NCBI GenBank assembly: GCA_963739045.1
Contig: CAVTYY010000011.1
Coordinates: forward strand, 76,685 to 140,684
Direction of reading: 5' to 3'
Length of the DNA: 64,000 bases
From: an uncultured Bacillaceae bacterium
Lineage (GTDB): Bacteria; Bacillota; Bacilli; Bacillales; Halobacillaceae
Shown: piece after piece, positions 11,079 through 22,112 of the stretch
Layout: every line of letters starts with the position of its first letter
Position numbering within the stretch: the first letter of the stretch is position 1
Translations under genes and position numbers: made by a program
Notes under the pieces: model-generated
Databases searched by the model: none
What the model was told of the DNA's origin: nothing
The model's input: the letters and a program-made list of their open reading frames with translations, nothing else

Positions 11079-11675
11079 TTAGCCGGGGTATCTTTCTATT
11101 AAAACGGGCTGAAGCTGTATCCCTTCCATTGCCGCCTCCACTGTTTCAGGAATTAAATTCATATCTGCAACTAAAGAATTAGGTTTTTTATACGGATGAT
11201 CTTGCCCCAAAGGAACGAAATAAATGAACTTTGCGGCCATAAGCTTCATAATATTCACGCCATTCAGCCCTAAACCGTCATTCGTTGATACAGCCAGCAC
11301 CACGGGTTTACTGTTTCTTAATGTGGCTTTAGCCGCCATCAGCACCGGCGAATCAGTCAAGGCGTTAGCGAATTTACTTGTAGAATTACCTGTAAGTGGA
11401 GCAATGACCATGCAATCCAGCGGACGTTTAGGTCCAAGAGGCTCTGCGTCTGGAATGGTCAATATCGGTTCTTCTCCAGTAATCTCCTTAATTTTTTTCA
11501 AATGATCAGCTGCCTCGCCGAATCTTGTATCCGTTTTTTGGACAGTGTAAGAAAGAACAGGAACAACAGTTGCGCCCATGTCCACTAAACGCTGCATTAC
11601 TGGAAACACTTCATGGTACGTACAATGGGAACCGGTTAAACCAAAGCCTATGGTTTTCCCTTTTAAGCTAGTCAT
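11079..11675 (-). CDS. spoVFB: Dipicolinate synthase subunit B
   Basis: 198-aa flavoprotein-like protein (GFGLTGSHCTYHEV...). It overlaps the subunit A stop (ATGA). Confidence 0.92.
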   Translation of the reverse strand: MTSLKGKTIGFGLTGSHCTYHEVFPVMQRLVDMGATVVPVLSYTVQKTDTRFGEAADHLKKIKEITGEEPILTIPDAEPLGPKRPLDCMVIAPLTGNSTSKFANALTDSPVLMAAKATLRNSKPVVLAVSTNDGLGLNGVNIMKLMAAKFIYFVPLGQDHPYKKPNSLVADMNLIPETVEAAMEGIQLQPVLIERYPG

Positions 11676-12568
11676 GAGCCATCCACCTTTCGATTAGTGT
11701 TTTTTAATAACCTGGAAATTACATCAGCTATAATTCTTCCCGCAGTTTTAGGTGCTACAATCCCCGGCAGTCCGGGGGCAAGCATCGCTTTTATCCCTCT
11801 TTTCTCAGCATAGCGGAAATCTGTACCTCCTGGCTTGGAAGCAAGATCTATGATAAGGGCATGAGACGGCAGCTGCTTGATAACAGCTGCCTGCACAACT
11901 GGCGCAGGAACGGTATTTAATATAATGTCACACTCTGGCATTTCCTTAGCAAGATTATTCATATCAAGCGGCGTCAGCCCCATTTCATAGACTCTTGCCG
12001 CGCTTGCTGAAGATCTGACACCCACAGAAACATGGGCTCCCAGCTGAGCAAAGGTACGCGCTAATCCTGTACCTACCCGCCCAAGTCCTAAAACGACCAC
12101 TTTTGACCCATGGATCGTAAAGTCGGTGTGCTGAATAACCATCATAATCGTGCCTTCCACCGTAGGAATTGAATTAAAGATTGCCACGTCATCCCGATCC
12201 ATTAATGGGATGAGATTGCGATTTATATGTGACGTCAATTTAGTAAAATAATCATTTGAAATACCCGTATATATTTGGCAGTGAGCAGGTGTCCGTTTTA
12301 ACCAGCTTTCCGTTAAATGAAGAAGACGGTTCGTGAAAATTCCATCTACTCTTCCTTGTTCATCCGTGCCAGCGACAGGAAGAATAATGGCATCCAGTCT
12401 TTCCACCTGGTCACTATCAAAATCAAGATCGATGGCTTCCGTAAAGCCTTCTTTTAATTGATCAAAGCCAGCTAAATAAACAGTAGCATCCCACTCATTT
12501 AATCTGCGAATGATTTCTAATTGCCGGGCATCGCCCCCCATAACTGCTACTTGATAGCCTGTTAGCAT
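11672..12568 (-). CDS. spoVFA: Dipicolinate synthase subunit A
   Basis: MLTGYQVAVMGGDARQLEIIRRL N-terminus. ATG at 12568 lies 8 nt after AAGGAGA. The ORF-track extension to 12793 has no homology or ribosome-binding site. Confidence 0.92.
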   Translation of the reverse strand: MLTGYQVAVMGGDARQLEIIRRLNEWDATVYLAGFDQLKEGFTEAIDLDFDSDQVERLDAIILPVAGTDEQGRVDGIFTNRLLHLTESWLKRTPAHCQIYTGISNDYFTKLTSHINRNLIPLMDRDDVAIFNSIPTVEGTIMMVIQHTDFTIHGSKVVVLGLGRVGTGLARTFAQLGAHVSVGVRSSASAARVYEMGLTPLDMNNLAKEMPECDIILNTVPAPVVQAAVIKQLPSHALIIDLASKPGGTDFRYAEKRGIKAMLAPGLPGIVAPKTAGRIIADVISRLLKNTNRKVDGS

Positions 12569-12605
12569 GCCGGAAGTCTCCTTTATCATTGATCTAATCT
12601 CTTTG

Positions 12606-12632
12606 TATCCTATGCTTGAAGGCAAAGTTAGT
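12606..12632 (-). promoter_or_regulatory. Candidate sigma-K-type promoter for spoVFA-spoVFB
   Basis: Minus strand reads AC-16 nt-CATAGGATA, matching the AC / CATA---TA pattern, about 38 nt upstream of the spoVFA ATG. B. subtilis spoVF is sigma-K dependent. Confidence 0.35.
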
Positions 12633-12794
12633 GATTTGAAAAAACCGGCACTACAATAAATATCTCTCCCCGAGAAACTCCCATTAAGACAGGAACTGAA
12701 AAAGGGATTAAAAACTCCATTGAGGTAATGAGCGAGACTCAAAGGCAGGCTGAAAGAAGGCATCGAAATATTGGTATTAATTTTACTCAACACA

Positions 12795-12829
12795 AAGCCC
12801 GAACCAGTGTACGAACATGGTTCGGGCTT
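12795..12829 (-). terminator. Stem-loop terminator after ymxH
   Basis: 12-bp perfect stem aagcccgaacca / tggttcgggctt with an 11-nt loop. The tail TTTGTGTTG is only moderately U-rich. Confidence 0.6.
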
Positions 12830-12853
12830 ATATCTAGGAAACAGTCTGCTTCC

Positions 12854-13159
12854 TTATAGATCTGTTTTGTTTTTCAATGATTTCTTTTTCCGCACAACTT
12901 TATCCCCGTATCCAGTCTCTTCTAAGGAGGTACTTCTAATGAGGATGGTATCTTCACCTATAGCAGCTATTTGGGTCCAATCAAGCGTGGCGTGTTGTCT
13001 CGCAGAGCTAATTCTCATTACCCCGCTATTTAAAAGAACTAGGGATTTAATTTCTCCTGTATCAGGATTAATGATTAAATCTGCTTTCCCTAATACTCCT
13101 AATTTTTGACCGTTTTCCACATCAATCACTTCTTTACTTGCAAGAGATTTTAATCTCAT
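12854..13159 (-). CDS. ymxH: YlmC/YmxH-family sporulation protein (PRC-barrel)
   Basis: MRLKSLASKEVIDVENGQKLGVLGKADLIINPDTGEI is typical of the family. ATG at 13159 follows AAAGGAG. Confidence 0.85.
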   Translation of the reverse strand: MRLKSLASKEVIDVENGQKLGVLGKADLIINPDTGEIKSLVLLNSGVMRISSARQHATLDWTQIAAIGEDTILIRSTSLEETGYGDKVVRKKKSLKNKTDL

Positions 13160-13172
13160 ATCCCGCACTCCT

Positions 13173-14093
13173 TTAACGGTCTTCACTTAGCAACACAGGT
13201 AAAGGGCCGATCCTGTAATCCTTCTTAATCCGTTCAATTAAAGCTGGCAGGCTGTCCGCTGTCACCTGCGTCGGATGCATCAAGATGGTTGCTCCGTTAT
13301 GAAGCTTTCCCATCACTCTCTCAATGAGAACTTCTTGGGTTGGCTGTTTCCAATCAATCGTATCTACAGTCCATAAGATGGTTTCCATCCCCAGCTGATC
13401 GGCAGCTTGAACCGTACTATTATTGAAACTTCCTGAGGGAGGAGCAAACCATTGAACTTTTTCATTTGTTAGGGCGAATAATATGTCATTTGCCTGCTTT
13501 AAGTTCTCTGAGGCTTCTTGTTCTGACATGGCTGCCATATCTTTATGCAGATACCCATGGCTCCCAATCGTATGCCCTTCTTCTTGAATCATCTGGACCA
13601 GTTCTTTATGCTGTTTAGCAAAAGCTCCATCAATGAAAAACGTAGCTTTTACATTGTATTTCGTTAAGGTTTTTATCATCTCCGGGATATACTCTTCCCC
13701 CCAAGATACATTAATTAGAAAAGATACCATGTCCTTGTCAGGATGGCCACGGTAAATAGGGGATGGAGGCAGATCTTTTAAAGAAATCTTAGGATTAACC
13801 GTTTTATAAACGAGTAAGTCAGGATCAAATTTCCCTTCTTTTTTCATCTTCTTATAGGAGGCGGCTGCGTCTACAGACTTTCCCTTTATACCCGGAGTTT
13901 TTTTCCAAACACGGTCGACCGTTGCATTCTCCGCTTTCTTTTCATAATCCTTCTTTTTAGTAAGAATTTCTTCATAAAGATCGTCCGTTCCGCTTACTGA
14001 CGCGGTCCGGTCACTCACACTTATAAACGCAAGGCTTATACCAAGCAGGAAAAAAGATAAAATACAGCCTGCTGCCCAGATTTTGAAATTCAT
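13173..14093 (-). CDS. ylxY: Polysaccharide deacetylase-family sporulation protein YlxY-like
   Basis: N-terminal TM/signal segment and a NodB-type deacetylase domain (ATFFIDGAF...GHTIGSHGY). Start is either 14093 (better SD spacing) or 14099. Confidence 0.88.
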   Translation of the reverse strand: MNFKIWAAGCILSFFLLGISLAFISVSDRTASVSGTDDLYEEILTKKKDYEKKAENATVDRVWKKTPGIKGKSVDAAASYKKMKKEGKFDPDLLVYKTVNPKISLKDLPPSPIYRGHPDKDMVSFLINVSWGEEYIPEMIKTLTKYNVKATFFIDGAFAKQHKELVQMIQEEGHTIGSHGYLHKDMAAMSEQEASENLKQANDILFALTNEKVQWFAPPSGSFNNSTVQAADQLGMETILWTVDTIDWKQPTQEVLIERVMGKLHNGATILMHPTQVTADSLPALIERIKKDYRIGPLPVLLSEDR

Positions 14094-14153
14094 AAGCATC
14101 CACTCCTAGTCCAAGTGTATGCATTTCTTGAGGGGACAAGACCGTTTTCAGGC

Positions 14154-14178
14154 AAAAAAAAAGAGCCTGGCGGGCCAG
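14154..14178 (-). terminator. Possible terminator after pnp (weak stem, long T-run)
   Basis: Minus strand reads ctgg-cccg-ccag followed by T9. The stem is only 4 bp. Confidence 0.4.
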
Positions 14179-16305
14179 TTACTCTTTTTCCTGATTTGCT
14201 TCTTTTTGCTTCTTCTCTTCAACGAGAATGGCTTTTCTTGAAAGATTAATTCTTCCCTGGTTATCGATCTCTTTAACTTTCACTTTAATCGTATCACCAA
14301 TGGAAACAATATCTTCTACTTTGCCAATTCTCTCTTCTGCCATTTCTGAGATGTGAACGAGTCCTTCTTTACCTTTAAAGAGTTCTACAAAGGCGCCAAA
14401 TTTCTCAATCCGTTTTACTTTTCCATCGTATACTTCTCCTGCTTCAACTTCACGGACAATATCTTCAATAATTTTCCGTGCTGTCGCATTCATATCAGCA
14501 TCCGTAGAAGAAATGAACACCATACCATCCTGCTCAATATCAATCTTAACACCTGTATCATCAATAATTTGATTGATTTGCTTACCGCTTGGACCAATCA
14601 CATCACGGATTTTATCAGGATTAATTTTCATTGTCATGATTTTCGGTGCATATTGAGACAATTCTCCTCGTGTTTGAGGCATAGTATCAAGCATAGACTG
14701 CAAGATTTCCATACGGCCGTTTTTCGCCTGGCCTAATGCTTCATCAAGGATTTCTCGGGAAAGACCGTCAATTTTGATATCCATTTGCAGTGCGGTAACT
14801 CCTTTAGCCGTTCCCGCCACTTTAAAGTCCATATCTCCGAGAGCATCTTCCATTCCTTGAATATCAGTCAGGATTGTATAATCTTCTCCGGATTTCACGA
14901 GACCCATAGCAATTCCAGCCACCGGCGCTTTAATGGGTACACCAGCGTCCATCATTGCAAGAGTGCTTGCGCAAATACTTGCCTGAGATGTGGAACCATT
15001 GGATTCTAAAACCTCGGATACTAAACGAATAGTATAAGGAAAATCATTTTCAGAAGGGATCACTTGCTCAAGTGCCCGTTCACCAAGAGCACCATGTCCA
15101 ATTTCCCGGCGTCCTGGTCCACGGATAGGGCCAGTTTCTCCAACAGAGAATTTAGGGAAATTATAGTGATGCATAAACCGTTTAGATTCTTCCAGATCAA
15201 GACCGTCCAGAATCTGTACATCCCCTAATGCTCCAAGTGTACAAATGCTCAATGCCTGCGTCTGTCCTCTCGTAAACAAACCAGAGCCATGGGTTCTGGA
15301 AAGCACTCCCACGCGAGAAGATAGAGCACGAATTTCGTCAACTCCGCGCCCATCAGGACGGATTTTGTCCTTTGTAATCAAGCGGCGGACTTCAGCTTTA
15401 ACGATGTCATTTAAAATAGATCCCACTTGCTTGATCGTTTCCGGCTCAGCTTCCTCGTCTTCATACTTATCCACGATGGCCTGCTTGGCTTCGGAAATAG
15501 CTTCTTCACGTTCTTTCTTTTCAATTGTTTTAATGGCAGCAACTATAGATTCCGTTGCTTCCGCTTCTACTTTCGTTTTAAGATCCGGGTCAGCCTGAAT
15601 AAGCTGGACTTCCATTTTCTCGCGGCCGACTGCAGCAATGATTTCTTCTTGGAAAGCCACTAACCTTTTAATCTCTTCATGGCCAAACATGATGGCTTCT
15701 AACATATCTTCTTCAGGAACTTCCTGAGCTCCCGCTTCCACCATATTAATGGCATCTTTCGTCCCTGCCACTGTGAGATTAATATCACTTTTCTCCTGCT
15801 GGTCTATTGTTGGATTAACGATGAATTCACCATCAACACGTCCAACTATAACTCCAGCGATAGGGCCGGCGAATGGAATATTAGAAATTCCAAGGGCTAA
15901 AGACGAGCCCAGCATTGCAGCCATTTCAGATGAGCAATCCTGGTCCACACTCATCACAGTGCTGATCACTTGCACATCGTTTCTGAATCCGTCCGGGAAC
16001 ATCGGGCGGATCGGTCGGTCAATTAATCGGGAAGCAAGCACAGCTTTGTCGCTTGGACGTCCTTCACGTTTAATAAACCCTCCTGGAATTTTACCAACAG
16101 CGTATAGACGCTCCTCATAATTCACCGTCAGCGGGAAAAATGGTAAATCCTTTGGCTCTTTAGAACCCGTTGCCGTACTCAGCACTGTTGTATCTCCATA
16201 ATGTATTAAAGCAGCGCCATTGGCTTGTTTAGCTAATTCGCCGACTTCTATGGAAAATGTTCGTCCGGACACATCAATTGAAAACACTTGTTTATCTTCT
16301 GCCAT
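14179..16305 (-). CDS. pnp: Polyribonucleotide nucleotidyltransferase (PNPase)
   Basis: 708 aa. Two RNase PH domains plus KH and S1 domains ([13 protein letters not shown] motif). Confidence 0.97.
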   Translation of the reverse strand: MAEDKQVFSIDVSGRTFSIEVGELAKQANGAALIHYGDTTVLSTATGSKEPKDLPFFPLTVNYEERLYAVGKIPGGFIKREGRPSDKAVLASRLIDRPIRPMFPDGFRNDVQVISTVMSVDQDCSSEMAAMLGSSLALGISNIPFAGPIAGVIVGRVDGEFIVNPTIDQQEKSDINLTVAGTKDAINMVEAGAQEVPEEDMLEAIMFGHEEIKRLVAFQEEIIAAVGREKMEVQLIQADPDLKTKVEAEATESIVAAIKTIEKKEREEAISEAKQAIVDKYEDEEAEPETIKQVGSILNDIVKAEVRRLITKDKIRPDGRGVDEIRALSSRVGVLSRTHGSGLFTRGQTQALSICTLGALGDVQILDGLDLEESKRFMHHYNFPKFSVGETGPIRGPGRREIGHGALGERALEQVIPSENDFPYTIRLVSEVLESNGSTSQASICASTLAMMDAGVPIKAPVAGIAMGLVKSGEDYTILTDIQGMEDALGDMDFKVAGTAKGVTALQMDIKIDGLSREILDEALGQAKNGRMEILQSMLDTMPQTRGELSQYAPKIMTMKINPDKIRDVIGPSGKQINQIIDDTGVKIDIEQDGMVFISSTDADMNATARKIIEDIVREVEAGEVYDGKVKRIEKFGAFVELFKGKEGLVHISEMAEERIGKVEDIVSIGDTIKVKVKEIDNQGRINLSRKAILVEEKKQKEANQEKE

Positions 16306-16385
16306 AAAGAACTATACTCCTCTCAAATCCACTCATATTGTGAAGGGCTAATCTCAGTTTACACCCTTATGTATGTAAACATACA

Positions 16386-16416
16386 GAAAAAGCGGGAATA
16401 CTCCCGCTTTTTTTTC
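16386..16416 (-). terminator. Rho-independent terminator after rpsO (bidirectional shape)
   Basis: aaaaagcggga-atac-tcccgcttttttt hairpin located 7 nt after the rpsO stop. Confidence 0.85.
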
Positions 16417-16422
16417 CAATCA

Positions 16423-16692
16423 TTAACGACGCAGACCAAGGCTTTTAATCAGCTCACGGTAACGTGTAATGTCTTTATTACGAAGGTAGTTCAATAGGTT
16501 ACGGCGTTTACCTACCATTTTAAGCAGTCCACGGCGAGAGTGATGATCCTGTTTGTGTGCACGCAGGTGCTCGTTCAGTGTAGTGATCTGCTCTGTAAGT
16601 ACAGCGATTTGCACTTCTGGAGAACCAGTGTCGTTGTCATGAGTTTTGTACTCATTAATTAATTCATTTTTACGTTCTTGTGTGATAGCCAT
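16423..16692 (-). CDS. rpsO: 30S ribosomal protein S15
   Basis: 89 aa. [36 protein letters not shown]. Confidence 0.98.
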   Translation of the reverse strand: MAITQERKNELINEYKTHDNDTGSPEVQIAVLTEQITTLNEHLRAHKQDHHSRRGLLKMVGKRRNLLNYLRNKDITRYRELIKSLGLRR

Positions 16693-16818
16693 TATAGCTA
16701 CACCTCCATTTAAGATTAAAATTCCCTTTCACCTAGCGGGCGCCGGAGTAACGTTCCGCCAAGAGAAGGTTCCATACTAAAGCGTACTAGTTTCAACGGT
16801 AAAAAGCAAGTATAACTG

Positions 16819-17754
16819 CTAATTTTTTTTGAAGAATTGTCGAACAGCCGACTCATCTTTCTCCAGCTGAAATTTCCGATCTGAGGACGAATCGAACTTC
16901 TTTTCTTCCCTAATAAACTCGTAAAAATAAATGTCTAAAGCACCATCGTATATCTTTTCATTAAAATCCAAAAGAAAGACTGCCAGGCTGGAAGTATGCT
17001 GTTCTTGTAAAGCAGCCTGTCGGTCTAAAACTGCCCATCCATGAAGGAAACGTTCATTGTACTTTACAGAAACCGTATAAACTCCCGATTTTGGGAGAAA
17101 ATAGTCGTCGCTCAATTCTAAGCTTGCTGAGGGAGAATCCGGCCATTGTCCGTGTGCATCTTTCCCTGCTAATCCGCTCACTTTAAACGGCCTTCCGAGT
17201 AATTTCCTGGTTTCTCTTACATCCCCTTCTTCAAGGAGATTGCGTATTCTAGTGGAACTGATTTTATTATCTTGGTCTTCAACTTTCTCCACAACGGTAT
17301 GTGTAAATCTGCCTTTGGCATGCTCAGAGAGTGTCGTCATCGAGCCTTGGCCTTTATGCCCATAGCTGAAATCAAAGCCGGCTACTACGTGCTTTACCTG
17401 CAACTCTCCAAAGAAATTGTCCACAAACTGTTGAGGGCTTAATGAAGCAAGCTCCTTGTCAAAATGGACAATATACAAATAATCGATTCCCATTTCCTCA
17501 AGTATGTGCTGCTTCTCCTCCAGCGGTGTAATGTACCTTGCATGCTGTTTATTTTTTTTTAAAACCACTGAGGGATGGGGGTCAAAAGTCATAACAGCGC
17601 TTTTCAGGCCACGCTGCTCAGCTTGTTCTTTCGCTTCAAGGATGACTTGCTGATGACCAAGATGGATCCCATCAAAGAACCCTACCGCCGTTACGTTCGG
17701 CTCAATTTGTGTGCCTTCATTCGGCTGGGATGCGGATAATTGAAATATTTCCAT
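16819..17754 (-). CDS. ribC: Bifunctional riboflavin kinase / FAD synthetase
   Basis: GFFDGIHLGHQ motif. ATG at 17754 follows AGGTGA. The ORF-track GTG at 17763 lies inside the SD sequence. Confidence 0.93.
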   Translation of the reverse strand: MEIFQLSASQPNEGTQIEPNVTAVGFFDGIHLGHQQVILEAKEQAEQRGLKSAVMTFDPHPSVVLKKNKQHARYITPLEEKQHILEEMGIDYLYIVHFDKELASLSPQQFVDNFFGELQVKHVVAGFDFSYGHKGQGSMTTLSEHAKGRFTHTVVEKVEDQDNKISSTRIRNLLEEGDVRETRKLLGRPFKVSGLAGKDAHGQWPDSPSASLELSDDYFLPKSGVYTVSVKYNERFLHGWAVLDRQAALQEQHTSSLAVFLLDFNEKIYDGALDIYFYEFIREEKKFDSSSDRKFQLEKDESAVRQFFKKN

Positions 17755-17784
17755 ATTCTTCACCTGCTCTTTACTGCATGATAA

Positions 17785-18684
17785 CTAAAACACGCGGATA
17801 GGCTTAACCTTCTCAGGCTTAGTCGGGTGAGGCTGATAAATTGCCAATGCCTCATTTTCACATACGATCATAAAGGGTTCATCCGGCATCTCTGCCAGTT
17901 TAGTTAAAACCCCGCCATTCTGGATCTGCTGCTTTGTACCTGCATCTACTTCCCATTTAGGAAAATGCGGTAACCCTCTCGATAAAGGTAACAGCAAATC
18001 TTCTGCCCGTCCATCGTCGGAGGCAGACTGAACTTCTTCTAACGTTTTGCACTCTTCTTTAGAAATATCTGCTGTTCTCGTACGCACTAACGATGACATA
18101 TGGGCAGGATAACCCAGTGCCTTACCCATATCTGTACAGAGAGTACGTATGTATGTACCTTTCGAACAAGTAACTCGAATAGAGAAAGAAGCTGTACCAG
18201 CGAAATAGTGCACTTCACTTGTAAGCAACTCAATTTCATGGATAAAAACCTTTCTTTCAGGTCTCTCTACACTCTTCCCTTCGCGAGCATATTCATATAA
18301 TTTTTTCCCGTTTACTTTGACGGCTGAATACATTGGAGGGATTTGGGAAATCGAGCCTTTAAACTCTTCCAGCACCTGCTTGATCTCCGGCATTGATAGC
18401 GAGTTTTTTTCTACAGTTTTCTTCTCAACTTCAGCTCCGGATGCATCTTCCGTTTCTGTTGAAAAGCCCATAGTAACAACAGCTTCATAAACTTTCACAG
18501 TATCTGTTAAAAAAGGGACAATTTTTGTAGCTTTCCCTACACACAAAGGAAGAACCCCTTCAACATCCGGATCTAAAGTCCCTGTGTGGCCGATCTTTTT
18601 AGTTCTTAACATCCCTCGCGCTTTACTTACACAGTCATGAGACGTAAAGCCTTTAGGTTTCCATAAGGGGAGAATACCATCCAT
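17785..18684 (-). CDS. truB: tRNA pseudouridine-55 synthase
   Basis: MDGILPLWKPKG N-terminus and GHTGTLDPDVEGVLP catalytic motif. ATG at 18684 follows AAGGTGG. Confidence 0.95.
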   Translation of the reverse strand: MDGILPLWKPKGFTSHDCVSKARGMLRTKKIGHTGTLDPDVEGVLPLCVGKATKIVPFLTDTVKVYEAVVTMGFSTETEDASGAEVEKKTVEKNSLSMPEIKQVLEEFKGSISQIPPMYSAVKVNGKKLYEYAREGKSVERPERKVFIHEIELLTSEVHYFAGTASFSIRVTCSKGTYIRTLCTDMGKALGYPAHMSSLVRTRTADISKEECKTLEEVQSASDDGRAEDLLLPLSRGLPHFPKWEVDAGTKQQIQNGGVLTKLAEMPDEPFMIVCENEALAIYQPHPTKPEKVKPIRVF

Positions 18685-18753
18685 ATAGAACCACCTTGTC
18701 ATTAATTTTTTATACAGAGAGAATCCGCACTCCATAAGTACGGATTCTTTAGA

Positions 18754-19104
18754 TTAGCTATCTGTATCATTAAGGTCTTTCAGAATTGTTTCAATTCGAT
18801 TTCCGCGTTCGATCGCTTCATCAAATTCAAACATGATCTCAGGAGTCTTTCGCAGCCGGATTCTTTGACCAATTTCCGAACGTATAAACCCTTTCGCTTT
18901 AGCCAGTCCGACTAAAGTGTCATGTTTCTGTCTGTCATCTCCTAGAACAGAGATATAGACCTTTGCCTGTTGCAGGTCACCTGTTACTTTCACATCCGTA
19001 ACTGTTACGAAACCTACTCGAGGATCTTTAATTTTCTTACTAATAATGTCGCTCATTTCTTTTTTCATTTGCTCACCGACACGGTTTGCACGTAAGTCGT
19101 TCAT
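18754..19104 (-). CDS. rbfA: Ribosome-binding factor A
   Basis: 116 aa. [17 protein letters not shown]...[19 protein letters not shown]. Confidence 0.96.
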   Translation of the reverse strand: MNDLRANRVGEQMKKEMSDIISKKIKDPRVGFVTVTDVKVTGDLQQAKVYISVLGDDRQKHDTLVGLAKAKGFIRSEIGQRIRLRKTPEIMFEFDEAIERGNRIETILKDLNDTDS

Positions 19105-19132
19105 ATTTCTTCACCTCTTCCAAAGCCGAACG

Positions 19133-19411
19133 TTATAACCATTCAAGAACTGTTTCTGCTCGCTCCAGTTCAGGAAAAGAATCAATGAAGGCTAATACTC
19201 GTTGCATTGTTTGCTCAGCCACCACTTTATCACTAGCTACCGTCACCATGCCCAAACATGTGCGCTGCCAGAGATTTTGATAGTCAAGCTCACTGACAGC
19301 TACATTATGGTCATTTTTAATTCTTGTTGTTATACGCTTTAAAACCGAGCGTTTATCTTTAAGCGACTGGGCGTCATAGATGATACATTCCACCTCAGCA
19401 CTTAAGATCAT
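19133..19411 (-). CDS. ylxP: DUF503-family protein YlxP-like
   Basis: 92 aa, between infB and rbfA as in B. subtilis. It overlaps the infB stop by 4 nt. Confidence 0.85.
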   Translation of the reverse strand: MILSAEVECIIYDAQSLKDKRSVLKRITTRIKNDHNVAVSELDYQNLWQRTCLGMVTVASDKVVAEQTMQRVLAFIDSFPELERAETVLEWL

Positions 19412-21510
19412 GTACGTTCAATTTCCTGCATTTCGTACGGCTCAATAATATCTCCAACTTTCACATCGTTGAAGTTCTTAATTGTAATACCACACTCATA
19501 ACCTTGAGCTACTTCTTTAGCATCATCTTTATATCGTTTCAGGGCATCAATTTCCCCTTCATAAATGACAACACCATCGCGGATAACCCGAATGCCTGAG
19601 TTACGCGTGACTTTCCCTTCAGTTACATAAGATCCAGCAATTGTACCAATTTTTGAAACCTTAAAGATTTCTCTGACTTCTACTTGGCCAATAATTTTCT
19701 CTTCGAAAACAGGATCCAGCATTCCTTTCATAGCGGATTCAATTTCTTCCATAACTTTATAAATAATGTTATGAAGACGAATCTCAACATCCTCGGACTC
19801 TGCCGCTTTGCGGGCATTTCCATCTGGACGAACGTTAAATCCAATAACGATCGCGTTAGAAGCGGAAGCAAGAGAAATATCAGATTCAGTAATGGCGCCG
19901 ACACCCGTATGAATGATCTTCACCTTTACTCCTTCTACTTCAATCTTTTGAAGAGAACCAGCCAAAGCTTCCAAGGAACCTTGAACGTCCGCTTTTAAAA
20001 TTAAATTAATATCTTTAATGTTTCCGTGTTTAATTTGTTCAAATAAATCATCTAGACTGACTTTGGCCGTAGAGCTGCGGTCCGCCTCAATTTGAGCTTG
20101 AGCTCGGGATTCTCCAATGGATCGTGCTTTTTTCTCATCTTCAAAGACAAGGAAACGATCTCCTGCCTGAGGGACATTGCTTAAACCTGTGATCTCAACA
20201 GGAGTGGATGGTCCCGCTACCTTGACCCGGCGGCCGATGTCATTAACCATCGCTCTTACGCGTCCGAAAGTATTTCCGACCACCACAGAGTCCCCGACGT
20301 TAAGCGTACCATTCTGAATTAACAGCGTTGCCACTGGTCCGCGTCCTTTATCAAGTTCTGCTTCAATTACCGTACCATAAGCAGGACGGTTTGGATTGGC
20401 TTTAAGCTCTTCCATTTCAGAAACCAGTACAATCATTTCCAGAAGCTCTTCAATTCCTTCTCCATTAACAGCGGACATTTTAACAAAAATAGTTTCGCCG
20501 CCGAAATCTTCAGAAATGAGTTCATACTCCATAAGCTCCTGCATAACACGGTCAGGGTTCGCGCCCTCTTTATCCATTTTGTTTACAGCTACAATAATCG
20601 GTACTTCAGCTGCTTTAGCATGGTTAATGGCTTCTCGTGTCTGCGGCATTACGCCGTCATCTGCGGCAACAACCAAGATAGCAATATCGGTTACCTGGGC
20701 TCCGCGGGAACGCATGCTGGTAAATGCAGCGTGACCTGGAGTATCAAGGAATGTGATCTTTTTATCGTTTTCTTCGATTTGGTATGCACCAATATGCTGT
20801 GTAATTCCGCCAGCTTCACCTTCAGTAACCTTTGTATCCCGGATACGGTCGAGCAGCGTCGTTTTCCCGTGGTCAACGTGTCCCATAATGGTAACCACTG
20901 CTGGACGTTCTTTAAGATCAGCAGGATCATCTTCAAAAGTCATATGTTCGATATCTGTCTCATCGACTACCACTTCTTCTTCCACTTCAACCTCGAATTC
21001 AGCACAAATTAATTCAATAGAATCTCCATCCACATCTTGGTTCTTCGTCGCCATAACACCTAGACCCATTAATTTCTTAATGATTTCGGAAGATTCTTTA
21101 TTCAGTTTGTCAGCGAGTTCTCCAACTGTCAGAGAGCCTGAAAAAGTGATTTTTTCCGGGGTCTGCTTTTTCTTAGGTGCCTGCTGTTGTGGATTCGGAC
21201 GCTGCTGAGAATTCTTCTGGTTTTTCTTACCATTTGATTTATTATTCTGCTTGTTGTTCGGCTTATTGTTTGGTTTGTTTTGCTTTTGATTTTGATTTTG
21301 GTTTTTCTGCTGAGCTGGTTTAGATGGCTTCGCGGGAGTTTCTTTAGCTTTCCCTTTGCTGAAACCTGTATCCAGCTTATCCTTAATCTCTGGTTCAATT
21401 GTGGACATATGGTTCGATACTTCGATGTTCAATGTTTTTAATTTATCAATAACTTGTTTACTTGTGAGTTCATTTTGCTTTGCATATTCATATACGCGCA
21501 TTTTACTCAT
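19408..21510 (-). CDS. infB: Translation initiation factor IF-2
   Basis: [12 protein letters not shown]-terminus and G-domain [17 protein letters not shown] at 21510 lies 7 nt after GGGGG. An adjacent ATG at 21513 is an alternative start. Confidence 0.96.
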   Translation of the reverse strand: MSKMRVYEYAKQNELTSKQVIDKLKTLNIEVSNHMSTIEPEIKDKLDTGFSKGKAKETPAKPSKPAQQKNQNQNQKQNKPNNKPNNKQNNKSNGKKNQKNSQQRPNPQQQAPKKKQTPEKITFSGSLTVGELADKLNKESSEIIKKLMGLGVMATKNQDVDGDSIELICAEFEVEVEEEVVVDETDIEHMTFEDDPADLKERPAVVTIMGHVDHGKTTLLDRIRDTKVTEGEAGGITQHIGAYQIEENDKKITFLDTPGHAAFTSMRSRGAQVTDIAILVVAADDGVMPQTREAINHAKAAEVPIIVAVNKMDKEGANPDRVMQELMEYELISEDFGGETIFVKMSAVNGEGIEELLEMIVLVSEMEELKANPNRPAYGTVIEAELDKGRGPVATLLIQNGTLNVGDSVVVGNTFGRVRAMVNDIGRRVKVAGPSTPVEITGLSNVPQAGDRFLVFEDEKKARSIGESRAQAQIEADRSSTAKVSLDDLFEQIKHGNIKDINLILKADVQGSLEALAGSLQKIEVEGVKVKIIHTGVGAITESDISLASASNAIVIGFNVRPDGNARKAAESEDVEIRLHNIIYKVMEEIESAMKGMLDPVFEEKIIGQVEVREIFKVSKIGTIAGSYVTEGKVTRNSGIRVIRDGVVIYEGEIDALKRYKDDAKEVAQGYECGITIKNFNDVKVGDIIEPYEMQEIERT
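21163..21312 (-). repeat. Low-complexity N/K/Q-rich coding repeat in the IF-2 N-terminal linker
   Basis: Encodes [50 protein letters not shown]. At the DNA level it consists of degenerate short AAC/AAA/CAA tandem units. Confidence 0.8.
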
Positions 21511-21514
21511 CATT

Positions 21515-21826
21515 TCACCCCCGAATAGATTCATCGAGCAGCGATTTCAGCTTTTTTGCAAATCCTTCATCAAGAACTGCGATCGCGACTCTTCCTTCCT
21601 TTCCGATGGCATGTGACAGTATGTCCCGATCTTCCACCGTATAGCAAGGTATGTCATAATAACTGCATTTATCTGTTAGTTTCTTTTTCGTCTGCTTACC
21701 GGTATCTTCAGCAATGAGGACGATCTTTGCTTTTTCTTTCTGGATATCACGGACAATCGCTTCTTCCCCAAATGTGCATTTCCCAGCCCGGACAGCAAGT
21801 CCCAGCAAGCTTAAATGTTTGTTCAT
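21515..21826 (-). CDS. ylxQ: L7Ae-family RNA-binding protein YlxQ
   Basis: 103 aa. [18 protein letters not shown] motif. Located between ylxR and infB. Confidence 0.9.
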   Translation of the reverse strand: MNKHLSLLGLAVRAGKCTFGEEAIVRDIQKEKAKIVLIAEDTGKQTKKKLTDKCSYYDIPCYTVEDRDILSHAIGKEGRVAIAVLDEGFAKKLKSLLDESIRG

Positions 21827-22098
21827 TGTTCTTCTGCCTTTACTAAATCTTTGAGCTGATGATAGATCGTTTCGTCTACATTTGTATTTAAATGACGGTT
21901 CAATACTTGGTCTTTCTGAGCTTTTTCAATAATGTCAAGTTTCTTCGTCATATAGGCACCCCGGCCATTCTTTTTGCCCGTTTCATCAATAAAGACTTCA
22001 CCCTCTTTATTTCTGACAATCCGAATCAGCTGCTTCTTAGGCATCATTTCCTGGGTCACTACACATTTTCTTAATGGTTCACCTTTTGAACGGACCAT
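21823..22098 (-). CDS. ylxR: YlxR/RnpM-family (DUF448) RNA-binding protein
   Basis: 91 aa. [19 protein letters not shown] motif. Located directly after nusA. Confidence 0.9.
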   Translation of the reverse strand: MVRSKGEPLRKCVVTQEMMPKKQLIRIVRNKEGEVFIDETGKKNGRGAYMTKKLDIIEKAQKDQVLNRHLNTNVDETIYHQLKDLVKAEEQ

Positions 22099-22112
22099 GA
22101 TGACTCCACTCC

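Noticed and set aside
16693-16818. Possible S15-binding autoregulatory leader upstream of rpsO.
   Set aside because: The spacer is GC-rich in places (gcgggcgccggag...ttccgcc), but I could not fold a convincing multi-stem structure by eye. A covariance-model search is needed.
20753-21208. Plus-strand ORFs of 100-150 aa lying antisense to conserved genes. Examples: 20753..21208 and 20620..21012 in infB, 8424..8837 over dapA/dapG, 15245..15598 and 15749..16120 in pnp, 49202..49582 in flhA.
   Set aside because: They lie entirely inside strongly conserved minus-strand CDS. They have no SD sequences and low-complexity or odd composition, which is typical of shadow ORFs.
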